Below the pieces are notes generated by a model. The model saw only the letters and a list, made by a program, of their open reading frames with translations, searched no databases and was not told the origin of the DNA. DNA of 64,000 nucleotides. It comes from Thermoanaerobaculia bacterium. GTDB taxonomy: Bacteria > Acidobacteriota > Thermoanaerobaculia > UBA5066. Shown here piece by piece: positions 40,310-50,540 of the stretch (position 1 is the first letter of the stretch; each line of letters starts with the position of its first letter). A program made the translations under genes and the position numbers. The DNA is taken from positions 224,001 to 288,000 of the forward strand of contig CAWFJJ010000008.1 of NCBI GenBank assembly GCA_963816185.1, in the 5' to 3' direction.

Positions 40310-42340
40310 ATGGCGATCTCCGTCCGGTTCCCCGACCTCGAACACTGGAAAGCGCAGGTCAAGTGTCAGGCCGGCTGTCCCGTCGCGACGGACGCCGGGC
40401 GATATGTCCAGCTCATCGCCGAAGGGCGGGACGAGGATGCCTTTCTCGTCGCGCGCGCGCCGAATCCGTTCGCGTCGGTGTGCGGGCGCGTTTGCGCCGC
40501 CCCGTGCGAAGACGCGTGCCGCCGCGGCTCGATCGACGCGCCCATCTCGATCCGGGCGCTGAAGCGCTTCGTCACGGAGCAGTACGGCGTCGAATCGCGT
40601 CGGCCGGACACGCAGGAAAGGCTGTTCAGAGAGCCGATCCTGGAGGGAAACCGCTATTCGGGTCACCTGCCGATTCACCCTTCGGGCGCAAAGAAGATTT
40701 TCTTAGAAGGGAATACAGACGAGGGCGCCGCGGGTGCACCGGCCGATCTCGCGAGCGCCGCCGAGCGCATTTCGCCCTCTTCACCTTCTAAGAAATCTCC
40801 CGGTTCTTCCGGGCGACCGAAGGTCGCCGTCGTTGGAGCCGGTCCGGCCGGCCTTTCCGCCGCGCACGACCTCGCGCTCCTCGGCTACAGCGTGACCGTC
40901 TTCGAGGCGGCGGGGGAGCCCGGCGGAATGATGCGCTTCGGCATCCCGGAGTACCGCCTCCCGCGGACGCTCATCAAGGCCGAGATCGACCGGATCCTCT
41001 CGTTCGGCGTCGCGCTCCGGCTTGGAACGCCTCTGACTCCGGACTTCGGCCTGACGGAGCTCAAGGCCGAAGGCTACGAGGCCGTCTTCCTTTCCGTCGG
41101 CGTGTCGAAGGGGCGCGACCTGCAGGTCCCGGGCGTCGAGCTGGACGGCGTCGTGAAAGCGGTCGACTACCTCCTGAACGTCAACCACGGCTTCCGCATG
41201 GACCTCGGGCGGCGCGTCGTCGTCATCGGCGGCGGGTTCGTCGCGTTCGACGCGGCGCGCACGGCGCTCCGCCTGGGGCGCGAAGCCGACGTCGACGCGC
41301 TCGAAGAGAAAGCCGGCGAAGCCGACGCGCGCCTCAAGGAAGCGCTCGACTCGGCGCGGGCCGCGCTGCGCGGCGGCGCGGCCGAGGTAACACTCGTCTC
41401 TCTCGAGAACTTCGAGGAGATGCCGGTTCTCCGGACGACGCAGGGCCACGAGGAGTTCGAGGAGGCGAAAAAGGAAGGCGTTCGCTTCCATCCGCGCCGC
41501 GGCCCGCAGCGCTTCCTCGGCAGCGGGCGCCTGACCGCCGTCGAGCTGAAGAGGGTGACGTCCGTCTTCGACGAGCGCGGGCGTTTCGCCCCCGCGTACG
41601 ACGAGTCGGACGTCGTGACGCTCGAAGCGGACGCCTGCGTCCTCGCGATCGGCCAGAAGGCGGACCTTTCGTTCCTGAAGCAGGGAGACGGCATCGCGCT
41701 CACGCCGGCCGGCACGATCGCGGTCGACAAGACGACGCTCGCGACGTCGGCTCCGGGGATCTTCGCGGGCGGCGACGTCGCCTTCGGCCCGCGCAACCTC
41801 ATCGAGGCGGTCGCGAACGGCAAGCGCGCCGCGCGCTCGATCCACGAGCACCTCGCGAAGGAGAAGGCCTCGATCCGCGCCACGCTCGAGATCGAGAAGA
41901 TCCCGACGTCGTCGTACCGGATGATCGCGGGCTTCGAGATCCTCGACCGCGAGGCGCCGCCGACGCTGGACCTCGGGCGGCGCACGGGCATCGCCGAAGT
42001 CGAGACGGGCTACGCGGCACTCGAGGCGCGCGCGCAGGCCGCGCGCTGCCTCATCTGCCACGTGCAGACGATCTACGACCCGGAGGCCTGCGTCCTTTGC
42101 AACCGCTGCGTCGACGTCTGCCCGGAGTACTGCCTCGCGCTCGTGCCGCTCGAGGAGCTGGACCTCCCGGAGGACGAGCGCGCGGCCCTCGCGGCGCGCG
42201 CCGGAGGAAACGGTTTGCCGCTGTCCGCGATGGTCAAGGACGACGACCGCTGCATCCGCTGCGGCCTGTGCGCGATCAGGTGCCCGACGGACGCGATGAC
42301 GATGGAGAAGTTCTCCATCACGGAGGGATTCGATGAGTGA
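40310..42340 (+). CDS. GltD/NfnB-like NAD(P)H-dependent flavoprotein with N-terminal Fe-S and C-terminal 2x[4Fe-4S] domain
   Basis: CQAGCP, CGRVCAAPCE..C, GAGPAG, GIPEYRLP, GGGFVA.D, FAGGD, RCL.C, two CxxCxxCxxxCP. Confidence 0.9.
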   Translation: MAISVRFPDLEHWKAQVKCQAGCPVATDAGRYVQLIAEGRDEDAFLVARAPNPFASVCGRVCAAPCEDACRRGSIDAPISIRALKRFVTEQYGVESRRPDTQERLFREPILEGNRYSGHLPIHPSGAKKIFLEGNTDEGAAGAPADLASAAERISPSSPSKKSPGSSGRPKVAVVGAGPAGLSAAHDLALLGYSVTVFEAAGEPGGMMRFGIPEYRLPRTLIKAEIDRILSFGVALRLGTPLTPDFGLTELKAEGYEAVFLSVGVSKGRDLQVPGVELDGVVKAVDYLLNVNHGFRMDLGRRVVVIGGGFVAFDAARTALRLGREADVDALEEKAGEADARLKEALDSARAALRGGAAEVTLVSLENFEEMPVLRTTQGHEEFEEAKKEGVRFHPRRGPQRFLGSGRLTAVELKRVTSVFDERGRFAPAYDESDVVTLEADACVLAIGQKADLSFLKQGDGIALTPAGTIAVDKTTLATSAPGIFAGGDVAFGPRNLIEAVANGKRAARSIHEHLAKEKASIRATLEIEKIPTSSYRMIAGFEILDREAPPTLDLGRRTGIAEVETGYAALEARAQAARCLICHVQTIYDPEACVLCNRCVDVCPEYCLALVPLEELDLPEDERAALAARAGGNGLPLSAMVKDDDRCIRCGLCAIRCPTDAMTMEKFSITEGFDE

Positions 42341-42839
42341 GCCGAAGAGCCGGCGCGAGATCTTCCTGAAGCTGGGGTTCGGGGCAGGCGTGGCGGCCCT
42401 CGGAGCCCAGGCAGTCGCTTCATTGCGGTCGCTCGTGCCAAACGTGTCCTACGACGCGCCGACGACCGTAAAGATCGGCCTTCCGAACGACTTTCCCGAT
42501 GGGATGAAGTTTCTGCCGGACGAGAGGCTCTTCGTGTTCCGCGAAGGAAGAACGCTTCACGCGATTTCCGCGGTGTGCACGCACCTCGGCTGCACGGTCC
42601 GCGCGGAAGCGTTGTCCTCGCCGGAGACGAAAGACGTCAGCGGCAAGCCGCTGCGCCTCACGCACCGTTTCCTCTGTCCGTGTCACGGCTCGAAGTACGC
42701 CGGGGACGGCACGAACGTGGCCGGTCCCGCGCCGAAGCCGCTCGCCTGGTACCACCTCTCGCTTTCACCCGACGACGGACAGCTCGTCGTCGACCTCGCG
42801 CAGCCCGTGGAGCGCGACTTCCGCTTCACGCTGGCCTGA
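42333..42839 (+). CDS. Rieske 2Fe-2S protein (Tat-anchored)
   Basis: SRREIFLK, CTHLGC, CPCHGS. Confidence 0.95.
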   Translation: MSEPKSRREIFLKLGFGAGVAALGAQAVASLRSLVPNVSYDAPTTVKIGLPNDFPDGMKFLPDERLFVFREGRTLHAISAVCTHLGCTVRAEALSSPETKDVSGKPLRLTHRFLCPCHGSKYAGDGTNVAGPAPKPLAWYHLSLSPDDGQLVVDLAQPVERDFRFTLA

Positions 42840-42853
42840 AGGCCCGAGGAAAC

Positions 42854-44203
42854 ATGAGCGCAAAACCCGAAAAGCCCGGTTCTCCGCCCGCGAGCGCGCC
42901 CGGAGTCCATTCGAAGCCGCTGTGGAGCGTCAGGCCGGCCTCCGACCGCGAGGCGGGCGACGCCGTCGTGTCGAACTTCCTGCTCCACTGGTTTCCGGCG
43001 AAGACCTACAAGCCGTCGCTCGACTGGAACTATTCGTTCTGGCTCGGCACGGCCTCGGCCGCGCTGCTCCTGCTCCTGACCCTGTCGGGGCTGCCGCTCC
43101 TCTTTCTGTACGTCCCGTCCGTCGAGCGCGCGTACGGGTCCGTGAAGGACATCGAGTACGTCACGACGTTCGGCTTCTGGATCCGCGCGGTGCACCGCCT
43201 CTCCGCGCATCTCATGGTGGCCGTCGTCTTCCTCCACATGGTGCGCGTCTTCCTCACGGGCGCTTACAAGAACGGCCGTGGACAAGGGCAGAAGAGGGAG
43301 CAGAACTGGGTCCTCGGCGTGGGCCTGCTCCTCACTACGCTCCTCCTCTCCTTCACGGGCTATCTCCTCCCGTGGGACCAGCTCGCCTACTGGGCGATCA
43401 CCGTAGGGACGAACATCGCGTCCTCGATCCCGTTCGCCGGGCCGGCGATCCGCGAACTGCTCCTCGGCGGGCGCGCGATCGACCAGCCCACGCTCATCCG
43501 CTTCTACGTCCTGCACGTCCTCGCGCTCCCGGCCGCGATCGGCGTCCTCTTCCTGTACCACATGTGGCGCGTGCGCAAGGACGGCGGTCTCGCGCGGGCA
43601 GACAGGGCGACGCTCCTGCCGGAAAGGGCCGCCGAGGCTCCGTCGAAGACGAAGACCTACACGCTCCTCGGCATCGCGCGCGGGACGTCGCCGGCGGTGA
43701 AGGCTTCCACGCTCGAGCGAGAGGATACGACGGTCAACTCCATCCCCGACCTCACGAGGCGCATCGCGATCGTCGTCCTCGCGATTTTCGCGATCGTGAG
43801 CATCGCGTCGGTCTTCACCCACGCGCCGCTCGAGGAGCCGGCGAACGCGCTCGTGACGCCGAACCCGGCGAAGGCACCCTGGTACTTCCTGTGGCTCCAG
43901 GAGATCGTGACCGACACGACCGTGAAGATCGGCTCTTTCACGATCAACGGGGCGTTCCTCGGCGGCGTGCTCCTGCCGGGGGCTCTCGTCCTCCTGATGA
44001 CGGTCTGGCCGTGGCTCGAAAAGAGCGCGCCCGGCTCGGCCGGCGTGTGGTTCCCGAAGGACCGGCGGACGCAAAACGCGGTCTTCCTCGTGCTCGTCGC
44101 GATCGTCCTCGTGCTCACCTTCATCGGCACGTTCTGCCGCGGGCCGTACTGGCACCTCTACTGGCCGTGGCAGGCGTGGCCAGAGCTGCCGACGAGGATC
44201 TGA
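42854..44203 (+). CDS. Cytochrome b (b6-like domain fused to subunit-IV-like domain)
   Basis: Heme His pairs RAVH..FLH and VLH..LYH, FTGYLLPWDQ.AYWA, PNPAKAPWYF. Confidence 0.92.
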   Translation: MSAKPEKPGSPPASAPGVHSKPLWSVRPASDREAGDAVVSNFLLHWFPAKTYKPSLDWNYSFWLGTASAALLLLLTLSGLPLLFLYVPSVERAYGSVKDIEYVTTFGFWIRAVHRLSAHLMVAVVFLHMVRVFLTGAYKNGRGQGQKREQNWVLGVGLLLTTLLLSFTGYLLPWDQLAYWAITVGTNIASSIPFAGPAIRELLLGGRAIDQPTLIRFYVLHVLALPAAIGVLFLYHMWRVRKDGGLARADRATLLPERAAEAPSKTKTYTLLGIARGTSPAVKASTLEREDTTVNSIPDLTRRIAIVVLAIFAIVSIASVFTHAPLEEPANALVTPNPAKAPWYFLWLQEIVTDTTVKIGSFTINGAFLGGVLLPGALVLLMTVWPWLEKSAPGSAGVWFPKDRRTQNAVFLVLVAIVLVLTFIGTFCRGPYWHLYWPWQAWPELPTRI

Positions 44204-44204
44204 C

Positions 44205-45452
44205 ATGGAAAAACGCTCCGACTCTCCTTACCCGAAGATCGACCGGCCGATCCTGGCGGCCGTCGGCATCCTGCTCGTCGTCTCCTGCGCGCTCTTCGCG
44301 TGGAGCGACCGCGCGCACGACTGGCGCTATTACCAGGCCGCGTTCAAGGCCCAGGTCACGGCGAAGCTCGGAGCCGAGAAGGCGAAGGAGGTGCACGGGG
44401 GCCTCCAGCAGATCTGGGTCGCCGATCTCAGGCGCGCCGACCGCTGCGTCACCTGCCACCAGGCCGCGCTCTGGAAAGGGTTCGAGACGGCCGACGAGCC
44501 GCTGCGCACGCACCCGCCGGAGCCGTTCCGGAACCACCCCATCGAGAAATACGGCTGTACGTCCTGCCACGGCGGGCAGGGCTATGCCGTGGATACCGAA
44601 GAGGCGCACGGGCCCATCGAGCACTGGGAAGAGCCGGTGCTCGGCCGCTCACTCGGAGAAGCGTATTCGCTCGTGGACGACAAGAACGCCGCGATGCAGA
44701 TGAACTGCAACGTGTGCCACCGGTACGACCGCGAGACGAAGGGCGCCGACGCGATCAACCTCGCCAAGAAGCTCGTCGTGGAGAAGGGCTGCCGCGCGTG
44801 TCACGTCGTGAACGGGCGCGGCGGGTCGATCGGACCGGACCTGACGAACGTGGGCGAGAAGGCGGCCGAGCAATACGAATACGGCCGTCTTTCGGGGCAG
44901 AAGACGTCGTTCGCGTGGCACGTCGCGCATTTCAAGGATCCCCGTGCCCTCGTGATCGACACCGTCATGCCGAACTTCCACTTCTCGACGAAAGAGGCCC
45001 AGGCCCTCGCGATGCTCGTTCTCTCGTGGCGGCGCGCGCCGGTGCCGGCCGACTACAGGCCCGGCACGCCCCATACCGATCCGCAGACGGCGGCCGAAGT
45101 CGAAGCCGAAGAGAGGATGAAGACCGGCCCGGGCGCGTGGTTCGTCAAGACGGGCTGTTTCGTCTGCCATTCGATCCAGGCCCTCGGTGTGAAGAGCCCG
45201 GCGCAGATCGGTCCGGACCTGTCCAACGCCGTCGAGGACGTGCAGTCCCGGTTCGGCCGGACCGTCGACGACTTCCTGAGAGAGCCTACGGGAACGATGG
45301 CGGTCGTCCTTTCTCGCCAGATCATCCTGACGCCCGAAGATAAAGCCGTAGCCGTCGGAAAGCTCCGCGAGGCTTTCGCGGAATACCAGAAGCAGAAGGC
45401 CGAAGAAGCGAAGGGCAGGAAGCCCGCCGCCTCGGTCGCTTCATCCCATTGA
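44205..45452 (+). CDS. Membrane-anchored pentaheme cytochrome c
   Basis: CVTCH, CTSCH, CNVCH, CRACH, CFVCH; N-terminal TM helix. Confidence 0.92.
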   Translation: MEKRSDSPYPKIDRPILAAVGILLVVSCALFAWSDRAHDWRYYQAAFKAQVTAKLGAEKAKEVHGGLQQIWVADLRRADRCVTCHQAALWKGFETADEPLRTHPPEPFRNHPIEKYGCTSCHGGQGYAVDTEEAHGPIEHWEEPVLGRSLGEAYSLVDDKNAAMQMNCNVCHRYDRETKGADAINLAKKLVVEKGCRACHVVNGRGGSIGPDLTNVGEKAAEQYEYGRLSGQKTSFAWHVAHFKDPRALVIDTVMPNFHFSTKEAQALAMLVLSWRRAPVPADYRPGTPHTDPQTAAEVEAEERMKTGPGAWFVKTGCFVCHSIQALGVKSPAQIGPDLSNAVEDVQSRFGRTVDDFLREPTGTMAVVLSRQIILTPEDKAVAVGKLREAFAEYQKQKAEEAKGRKPAASVASSH

Positions 45453-45468
45453 GTCAAGGAGGAAGGGA

Positions 45469-47340
45469 ATGTTAACGACACGGAAGAAGTGGATGAGCTG
45501 GGGAGGGGCCGTCGCGATCGCTGCGGCCGGCCTCCTTGCGTGGCACTGCGCGCCCTCGGCGCCGAAGGGCGCGAAGAAAGGGCCCGCGAACGCGTCGGAC
45601 CAGTCGGTCGCGGCGATGAAGACCTACATCGCCCCGGGGGACCTCGACGAGTACTACTTGTTCTCGTCCGGCGGGCACTCGGGACAGGTGTACGTCTACG
45701 GCGTGCCGTCCATGCGCCATCTCTCGACGATCCCCGTCTTCACGCCGTATCCGGGAATCGGCTATGGGTTCGACGACGAATCGAAGGCGATGCTCGGCGG
45801 CCTGACGTGGGGCGACGCCCACCACCCGGCTCTGTCGGAGACGAACGGCGACTACGACGGCCGCTGGCTCTTCATCAACGACATGAACGGCCGCCTCGCG
45901 CGAATCGACCTCAGGGATTTCAAGACGAAGCAGATCTACGGGCCGGTCCCGAACGTGTCGGGCAACCACTCCGGCTCGTTCGTCACCCCGAACAGCGAGT
46001 ACGCCATGATGGGCTCGCGCTTTTCGATCCCGATCCCGAAGGGAAAGTACCTGCCCCTCGACAAGTACGCGACGGAATGGAAGGGCGTGCTCGCGGCCAT
46101 CAAGATCGACCCGAAGAGCGGCGAGATGTCGCTCGGCTGGCAGATCCTGATGCCGCCCTTCGACTACGACCTCGGCGACGCCGGCAAGAAGGTCTCCGAC
46201 GGCTGGATGTTCTGGACCTGCTACAACGCAGAGCGTGCCACCGGGAAGCTCGAGGTCACGGCCTCGCAGCGCGACCGTGACTACATCGCGGCCGTCGACT
46301 GGCACGCGGCCCAGAAGGCGATCGACGAAGGCAAGGGCGACCTCATCGGCGGCGTGAAGGTTCTCGATCCGAAGAAGGTGCCCGGGATCGTGTGGCTCAT
46401 GCCCTGCGGCAAGTCGCCCCACGGCGTGGACGTCTCGCCCGACGGCAAGTACGTCGTCGGCTCGGGCAAACTCCAGGGCGTCACGACCGTCTTCAACTTC
46501 GAGAAAGTCCAGACGGCGATCCGCAACAAGGACTTCACCGGCGACGAGGACGGCATCCCGGTCCTGAAGTACGAGTCCATCAAGGATGCCGAGGTGCCCG
46601 TCGGCCTCGGACCGCTCCACACGCAGTTCGGACCCGATGGCTACGCGTACACATCCCTCTTCCTCGACAGCGCGATCGCGAAGTGGAAGCTCGGGACGTG
46701 GGAGGTCGTGGACAAGGTCCCGATGTCCTACAACATCGGCCACCTCTGTGCGGCCGAGGGTGACACCTGCTCGCCCAAGGGCAAGTACCTCGTCGGCCTG
46801 AACAAGCTCTCGCACGGCCGGCACCTCTCGGTCGGGCCCGGGCAGCCCGAGTCGTCGCAGCTCGTGGACATCTCCGAGGAGAAGATGAAGCTGATCTACG
46901 ACGCCTTCACCGAGCCGGAGCCGCACTACGCCCAGATGATCGAGGCGAAGAAGCTCCACCCGATCGAGGTCTATCCGAAGGAGGAGAGCAAGAACCCGCT
47001 GGCCATCTGGGACGTCAAGGACGCGGGCGTGACGCGGCAAGGCCCGAACGTCACGGCGAAAGTCGTGCTCGTGCGCTCCACGATCACGCCGCAGGCCATC
47101 GAGGTGAACCAGGGCGACACGGTCAGGATCGCGCTGACGAACATCGAGCAGACGACCGACGAGCTGCACGGCTTCGGCCTGCTCGACTACAACATCAACA
47201 TCGTGTGCGATCCGGGCGAGACGAAGGTCGTCACGTTCAAGGCCGACAAGGCCGGCGTCTATCCCTATTACTGCACGAACTTCTGCTCCGCGCTCCACCA
47301 GGAGATGCAGGGCTACCTGATCGTCAAGCCGAAGGCGTAG
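45469..47340 (+). CDS. nosZ: Clade II (Sec-type) nitrous-oxide reductase
   Basis: SGGHSGQ, CuZ His motifs DAHH, GNH, SPHG, PLH, GHL, EPH; CuA HGF...CTNFCSALHQEM; no twin-arginine motif. Confidence 0.96.
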   Translation: MLTTRKKWMSWGGAVAIAAAGLLAWHCAPSAPKGAKKGPANASDQSVAAMKTYIAPGDLDEYYLFSSGGHSGQVYVYGVPSMRHLSTIPVFTPYPGIGYGFDDESKAMLGGLTWGDAHHPALSETNGDYDGRWLFINDMNGRLARIDLRDFKTKQIYGPVPNVSGNHSGSFVTPNSEYAMMGSRFSIPIPKGKYLPLDKYATEWKGVLAAIKIDPKSGEMSLGWQILMPPFDYDLGDAGKKVSDGWMFWTCYNAERATGKLEVTASQRDRDYIAAVDWHAAQKAIDEGKGDLIGGVKVLDPKKVPGIVWLMPCGKSPHGVDVSPDGKYVVGSGKLQGVTTVFNFEKVQTAIRNKDFTGDEDGIPVLKYESIKDAEVPVGLGPLHTQFGPDGYAYTSLFLDSAIAKWKLGTWEVVDKVPMSYNIGHLCAAEGDTCSPKGKYLVGLNKLSHGRHLSVGPGQPESSQLVDISEEKMKLIYDAFTEPEPHYAQMIEAKKLHPIEVYPKEESKNPLAIWDVKDAGVTRQGPNVTAKVVLVRSTITPQAIEVNQGDTVRIALTNIEQTTDELHGFGLLDYNINIVCDPGETKVVTFKADKAGVYPYYCTNFCSALHQEMQGYLIVKPKA

Positions 47341-47345
47341 GGGAA

Positions 47346-47990
47346 ATGAAAGCCATCTTCGAAAAGAGCAACCGTTTTCTCGAACTCCCCCTGGACCTCG
47401 GTCCGCGCGGCCTCCTCGTCGTGGCCGTGCTCCTCCTCGTGCCCTCGTATCTCTTTCCGCTCTGGAACCTGACGATGTTCGCGCCGCAGTACCGGGACGG
47501 CCTGAGGATGCACATCTACAGCTGGAAGCTCGAGGGCGGGAACGCCGGCCACGACATCACGGAGATCAACGTCCTGAACCATTACATCGGTATGCGCGAC
47601 CTCTCGCCCGCCGACTTCACCGAGTTCAAGTGGATCCCGTTCGTCGTCGGTATCGTGGGCCTCCTGATGCTGCGGACGGCCGTCCTCGGGAAGATGTCGC
47701 ATCTCGTCGACAACGTCGTCCTGTATCTCTACTTCGGGGCGTTCTCTCTTTGGTCGTTCGGGTTCAAGCTGTGGACTTACGGCCACAACCTCTCGCCGAC
47801 CGCGGCGGTCAAGATCGCGCCGTTCATGCCGCCGATGTTCGGGTACAGGAAGCTCGCGAACTTCGAGATCTATTCGTATCCGGGCCCCGGGTCGTACGCG
47901 CTCGGCCTCGTCGCGGTCGTCCTCGTTGCGGCGATGGCGCTCGCCTGGCGAGAGGGCAGGCGCGCGTCCGCGCGCACGCCTGGATCCTGA
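47346..47990 (+). CDS. nosB: NosB membrane protein of clade II nos clusters
   Basis: PLW....APQY..GL, EIN.LNHYIGM, YGHNL.P.A, PP.FG...LANF...SYP. Confidence 0.88.
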   Translation: MKAIFEKSNRFLELPLDLGPRGLLVVAVLLLVPSYLFPLWNLTMFAPQYRDGLRMHIYSWKLEGGNAGHDITEINVLNHYIGMRDLSPADFTEFKWIPFVVGIVGLLMLRTAVLGKMSHLVDNVVLYLYFGAFSLWSFGFKLWTYGHNLSPTAAVKIAPFMPPMFGYRKLANFEIYSYPGPGSYALGLVAVVLVAAMALAWREGRRASARTPGS

Positions 47991-49348
47991 TGATCGCCCT
48001 GCCCCTCGTCCTCCTCCTGCAGATCACCGGCGACATGGCGCCCGTGACGCCGGGAGGGCTCGAGGGACGTCCGCCCGCGGCGGAGGCCTCCCCGTTGCAG
48101 GTCCGGGTGGACCGAGCGGCGCCGGGAGAGACGGTCGTCGTCTTGCCCGGGTCTTTCGTGGGCGATCTCGTTCTCGACCGTCCCATTCATCTCGTGGGAG
48201 TGGGGCGGCCACGGCTCGTCGGATCCGGGAAGGGGAGCGTCGTGCGCGTGCGCGCGGACGGCGTGACTCTCGAGGGCTTCGACATCGACGGCGTGAAGGG
48301 CGGGGACCTCGCTAGGGACTCCTCGGGCGTCCACATCGCGGCCCGGAACGTCGTCGTGCGCGACTGCCGCATCTCGGACGCGCTCTTCGGCATCTACCTG
48401 CGGCAGGCGGACGGCGCGCGCGTGGAGAGCTGCCGCATCCGGGGAATCCACGGACGGGATCCGGGAGAGAAAGGCTCCGGCCTCCACGTCTGGGACACGA
48501 AAGGGTTCACGTTCGAGGACAACGTGATCGAGGACGTGCGCGACGGTTTCTACATCCAGTCCTCCTCGGGCGGGACGATCGTCCGCAACACGGCACGCGA
48601 CCTCCGGTACGGCCTCCACTACATGTTCTCGGACGACAACACTTTCGAGGAGAACACCTTCGAGAACGGCGCGGCCGGCACGGCGCTCATGTACAGCAAG
48701 CGCATCGTCTTCCGCCGGAACCGGTTTCTGAAGAACCGCGGCTTCGCGTCGGTGGGGCTGCTCTTCAAGACCTGCGACGACGTCCTCGCCGAGGACAACC
48801 TCATCGCCGACAACGCGCGCGGGATCTTTCTCGAAGGCTCGTACCGCAACGTCTTCCGGAGGAACGTCGTCGCCCTCTCCGACGCCGCGATCGTCCTCTA
48901 CGACTCCTGCGGCCAGAACCGTTTCGAGGGCAACTCGTTCGTCGGAAACCTTGCGCCGCTCGCTCTCGTGGGACACCGCACGGACACCGTCTTCGACGGC
49001 AACTACTGGTCGGACAACGACGAGCCGGACCTCGACGGCGACGGCATCTCGGACCGGCCTTTCCCTCTTTCCAACGTCTTCGACCACCTGCGCGGAAACC
49101 TGACCGCTGCCGACCTCTTTTCGCGAAGCCTCGCGGCGCGGGCCCTCGGAGCGGCTGAGCGCGGATTCCCCGTGCTGAGAGCGGTCGAGGTCTTCGACCG
49201 CACTCCCCTTGCCCATCCGCCCGCGCTCCCTCGCGTTCCGCATCAGGACCGTCCGGCGGCTTCCCACGGTGCGTTCGCGCTCGCGATGTCGGGCCTTTCG
49301 CTGCTCGGCGGGGGCGGCGTGCTTTTCGCCGGGCGGAGGCGCGCGTGA
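47990..49348 (+). CDS. nosD: N2O reductase maturation protein NosD
   Basis: CASH beta-helix, RDG.Y, LRYGLHYMFSD.N, GNYWSD. Confidence 0.92.
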   Translation: MIALPLVLLLQITGDMAPVTPGGLEGRPPAAEASPLQVRVDRAAPGETVVVLPGSFVGDLVLDRPIHLVGVGRPRLVGSGKGSVVRVRADGVTLEGFDIDGVKGGDLARDSSGVHIAARNVVVRDCRISDALFGIYLRQADGARVESCRIRGIHGRDPGEKGSGLHVWDTKGFTFEDNVIEDVRDGFYIQSSSGGTIVRNTARDLRYGLHYMFSDDNTFEENTFENGAAGTALMYSKRIVFRRNRFLKNRGFASVGLLFKTCDDVLAEDNLIADNARGIFLEGSYRNVFRRNVVALSDAAIVLYDSCGQNRFEGNSFVGNLAPLALVGHRTDTVFDGNYWSDNDEPDLDGDGISDRPFPLSNVFDHLRGNLTAADLFSRSLAARALGAAERGFPVLRAVEVFDRTPLAHPPALPRVPHQDRPAASHGAFALAMSGLSLLGGGGVLFAGRRRA

Positions 49349-50085
49349 TCCGCTTCGAATCGTTCTCGAAGAGCTTCGGCGCGCAGCGCGCCGTCTCCGA
49401 CCTGACCGTCGCGATCGAGCCCGGCGAGATCGTGGCGCTCCTGGGGCCGAACGGCTCGGGAAAGACGACCTCGCTGAAGGCCGCTGCGGGCCTCATCCAC
49501 CCGACGAAGGGCAGAGTCGTCGTGGGAGAGGCAGGGCTGCCGGCGACCGTGCCTGCGGCGCGCCGCACACTCTCCTTCCTTCCGCAGAAAGTCACTTTTC
49601 CCGATTCCCTGACGGGACGCGAGGTGCTGGATTTCTATCGCGCGCTGCGCGGCGTGGATTCCCGCCGCGTGGACGAGGTGCTGAAGATGGCCTCGTTGAA
49701 CGGGGCCGCGGGGCGCGCCGTGGGCACGTACTCCGGCGGCATGACGCAGCGGCTCGGGCTCGCGGTCGCTGCGCTGCCCGACACGGCGGTCCTCCTCCTC
49801 GACGAGCCGACCGCCGCCCTGGACCCCGACGGGCTCTGCGCATTCTATGGCCTGGCCGTCGCGCGCCGTCGCGAGGGAAAGACCGTTCTGTTCACGACGC
49901 ATCAGCTCGGGGACGTGGAGCGCCTCGCGGACCGCGTCGGCGTCCTCGTGGAGGGAAAGCTCGCCGCCCTCCTGACGCGCCGCGAGCTCGAAGACTGGCT
50001 CGGCGCACACGGCTTCCCGCTCGTACAGACCGGGACGAGCCCTCTCGAAAGTCTTTACCGCGAGCTCGTGGGAGGTCACGCGTGA
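49345..50085 (+). CDS. nosF: ABC ATPase NosF
   Basis: GPNGSGKTT, YSGGM.QR, LDEPT; position after nosD. Confidence 0.88.
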   Translation: MIRFESFSKSFGAQRAVSDLTVAIEPGEIVALLGPNGSGKTTSLKAAAGLIHPTKGRVVVGEAGLPATVPAARRTLSFLPQKVTFPDSLTGREVLDFYRALRGVDSRRVDEVLKMASLNGAAGRAVGTYSGGMTQRLGLAVAALPDTAVLLLDEPTAALDPDGLCAFYGLAVARRREGKTVLFTTHQLGDVERLADRVGVLVEGKLAALLTRRELEDWLGAHGFPLVQTGTSPLESLYRELVGGHA

Positions 50086-50540
50086 GGCTTCGCGGCGGGC
50101 TCGTGGTCCTCGCGCTCGCTCTCTTTGCGGCCTGCGCGCGCGGACCTGTTGCGCCCGCCGCGCTCGACACGAAGAACGAGAGCTGCGGCTGGTGCCGCAT
50201 GGCGGTCTCGGACGCTCGTTTCGCCGCGCAGCTCGTGTCGCCGTCCGAGGAGCCCCGCTTTTTCGACGACGTCGGCTGTCTCACGACGTTCCTGAAGTCC
50301 GGCGGCGCGCCGGCGAAGGGCCAGATCGCGTACGTGGCCGACCACCGGACGAAGGCCTGGGTGCGCGCGTCGACCGCGGTCTACACGAAGAAGCCGGGCC
50401 TCGAAACGCCGATGGGATCGGGCCTCGTCGCGCACGCCGATGCGGCCTCCCGGGATGCGGATCCGGATGCCGCCGGAGGAGCTCCGGCGAGTGCCCGCGA
50501 CGTCTTCGGGCCGAACGGTGTCCCGGACGGTGGCCGATGA
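50082..50540 (+). CDS. nosL: Copper chaperone lipoprotein NosL
   Basis: FAAC lipobox, CGWCRM, FDDVGC, TPMG. Confidence 0.9.
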   Translation: MRLRGGLVVLALALFAACARGPVAPAALDTKNESCGWCRMAVSDARFAAQLVSPSEEPRFFDDVGCLTTFLKSGGAPAKGQIAYVADHRTKAWVRASTAVYTKKPGLETPMGSGLVAHADAASRDADPDAAGGAPASARDVFGPNGVPDGGR

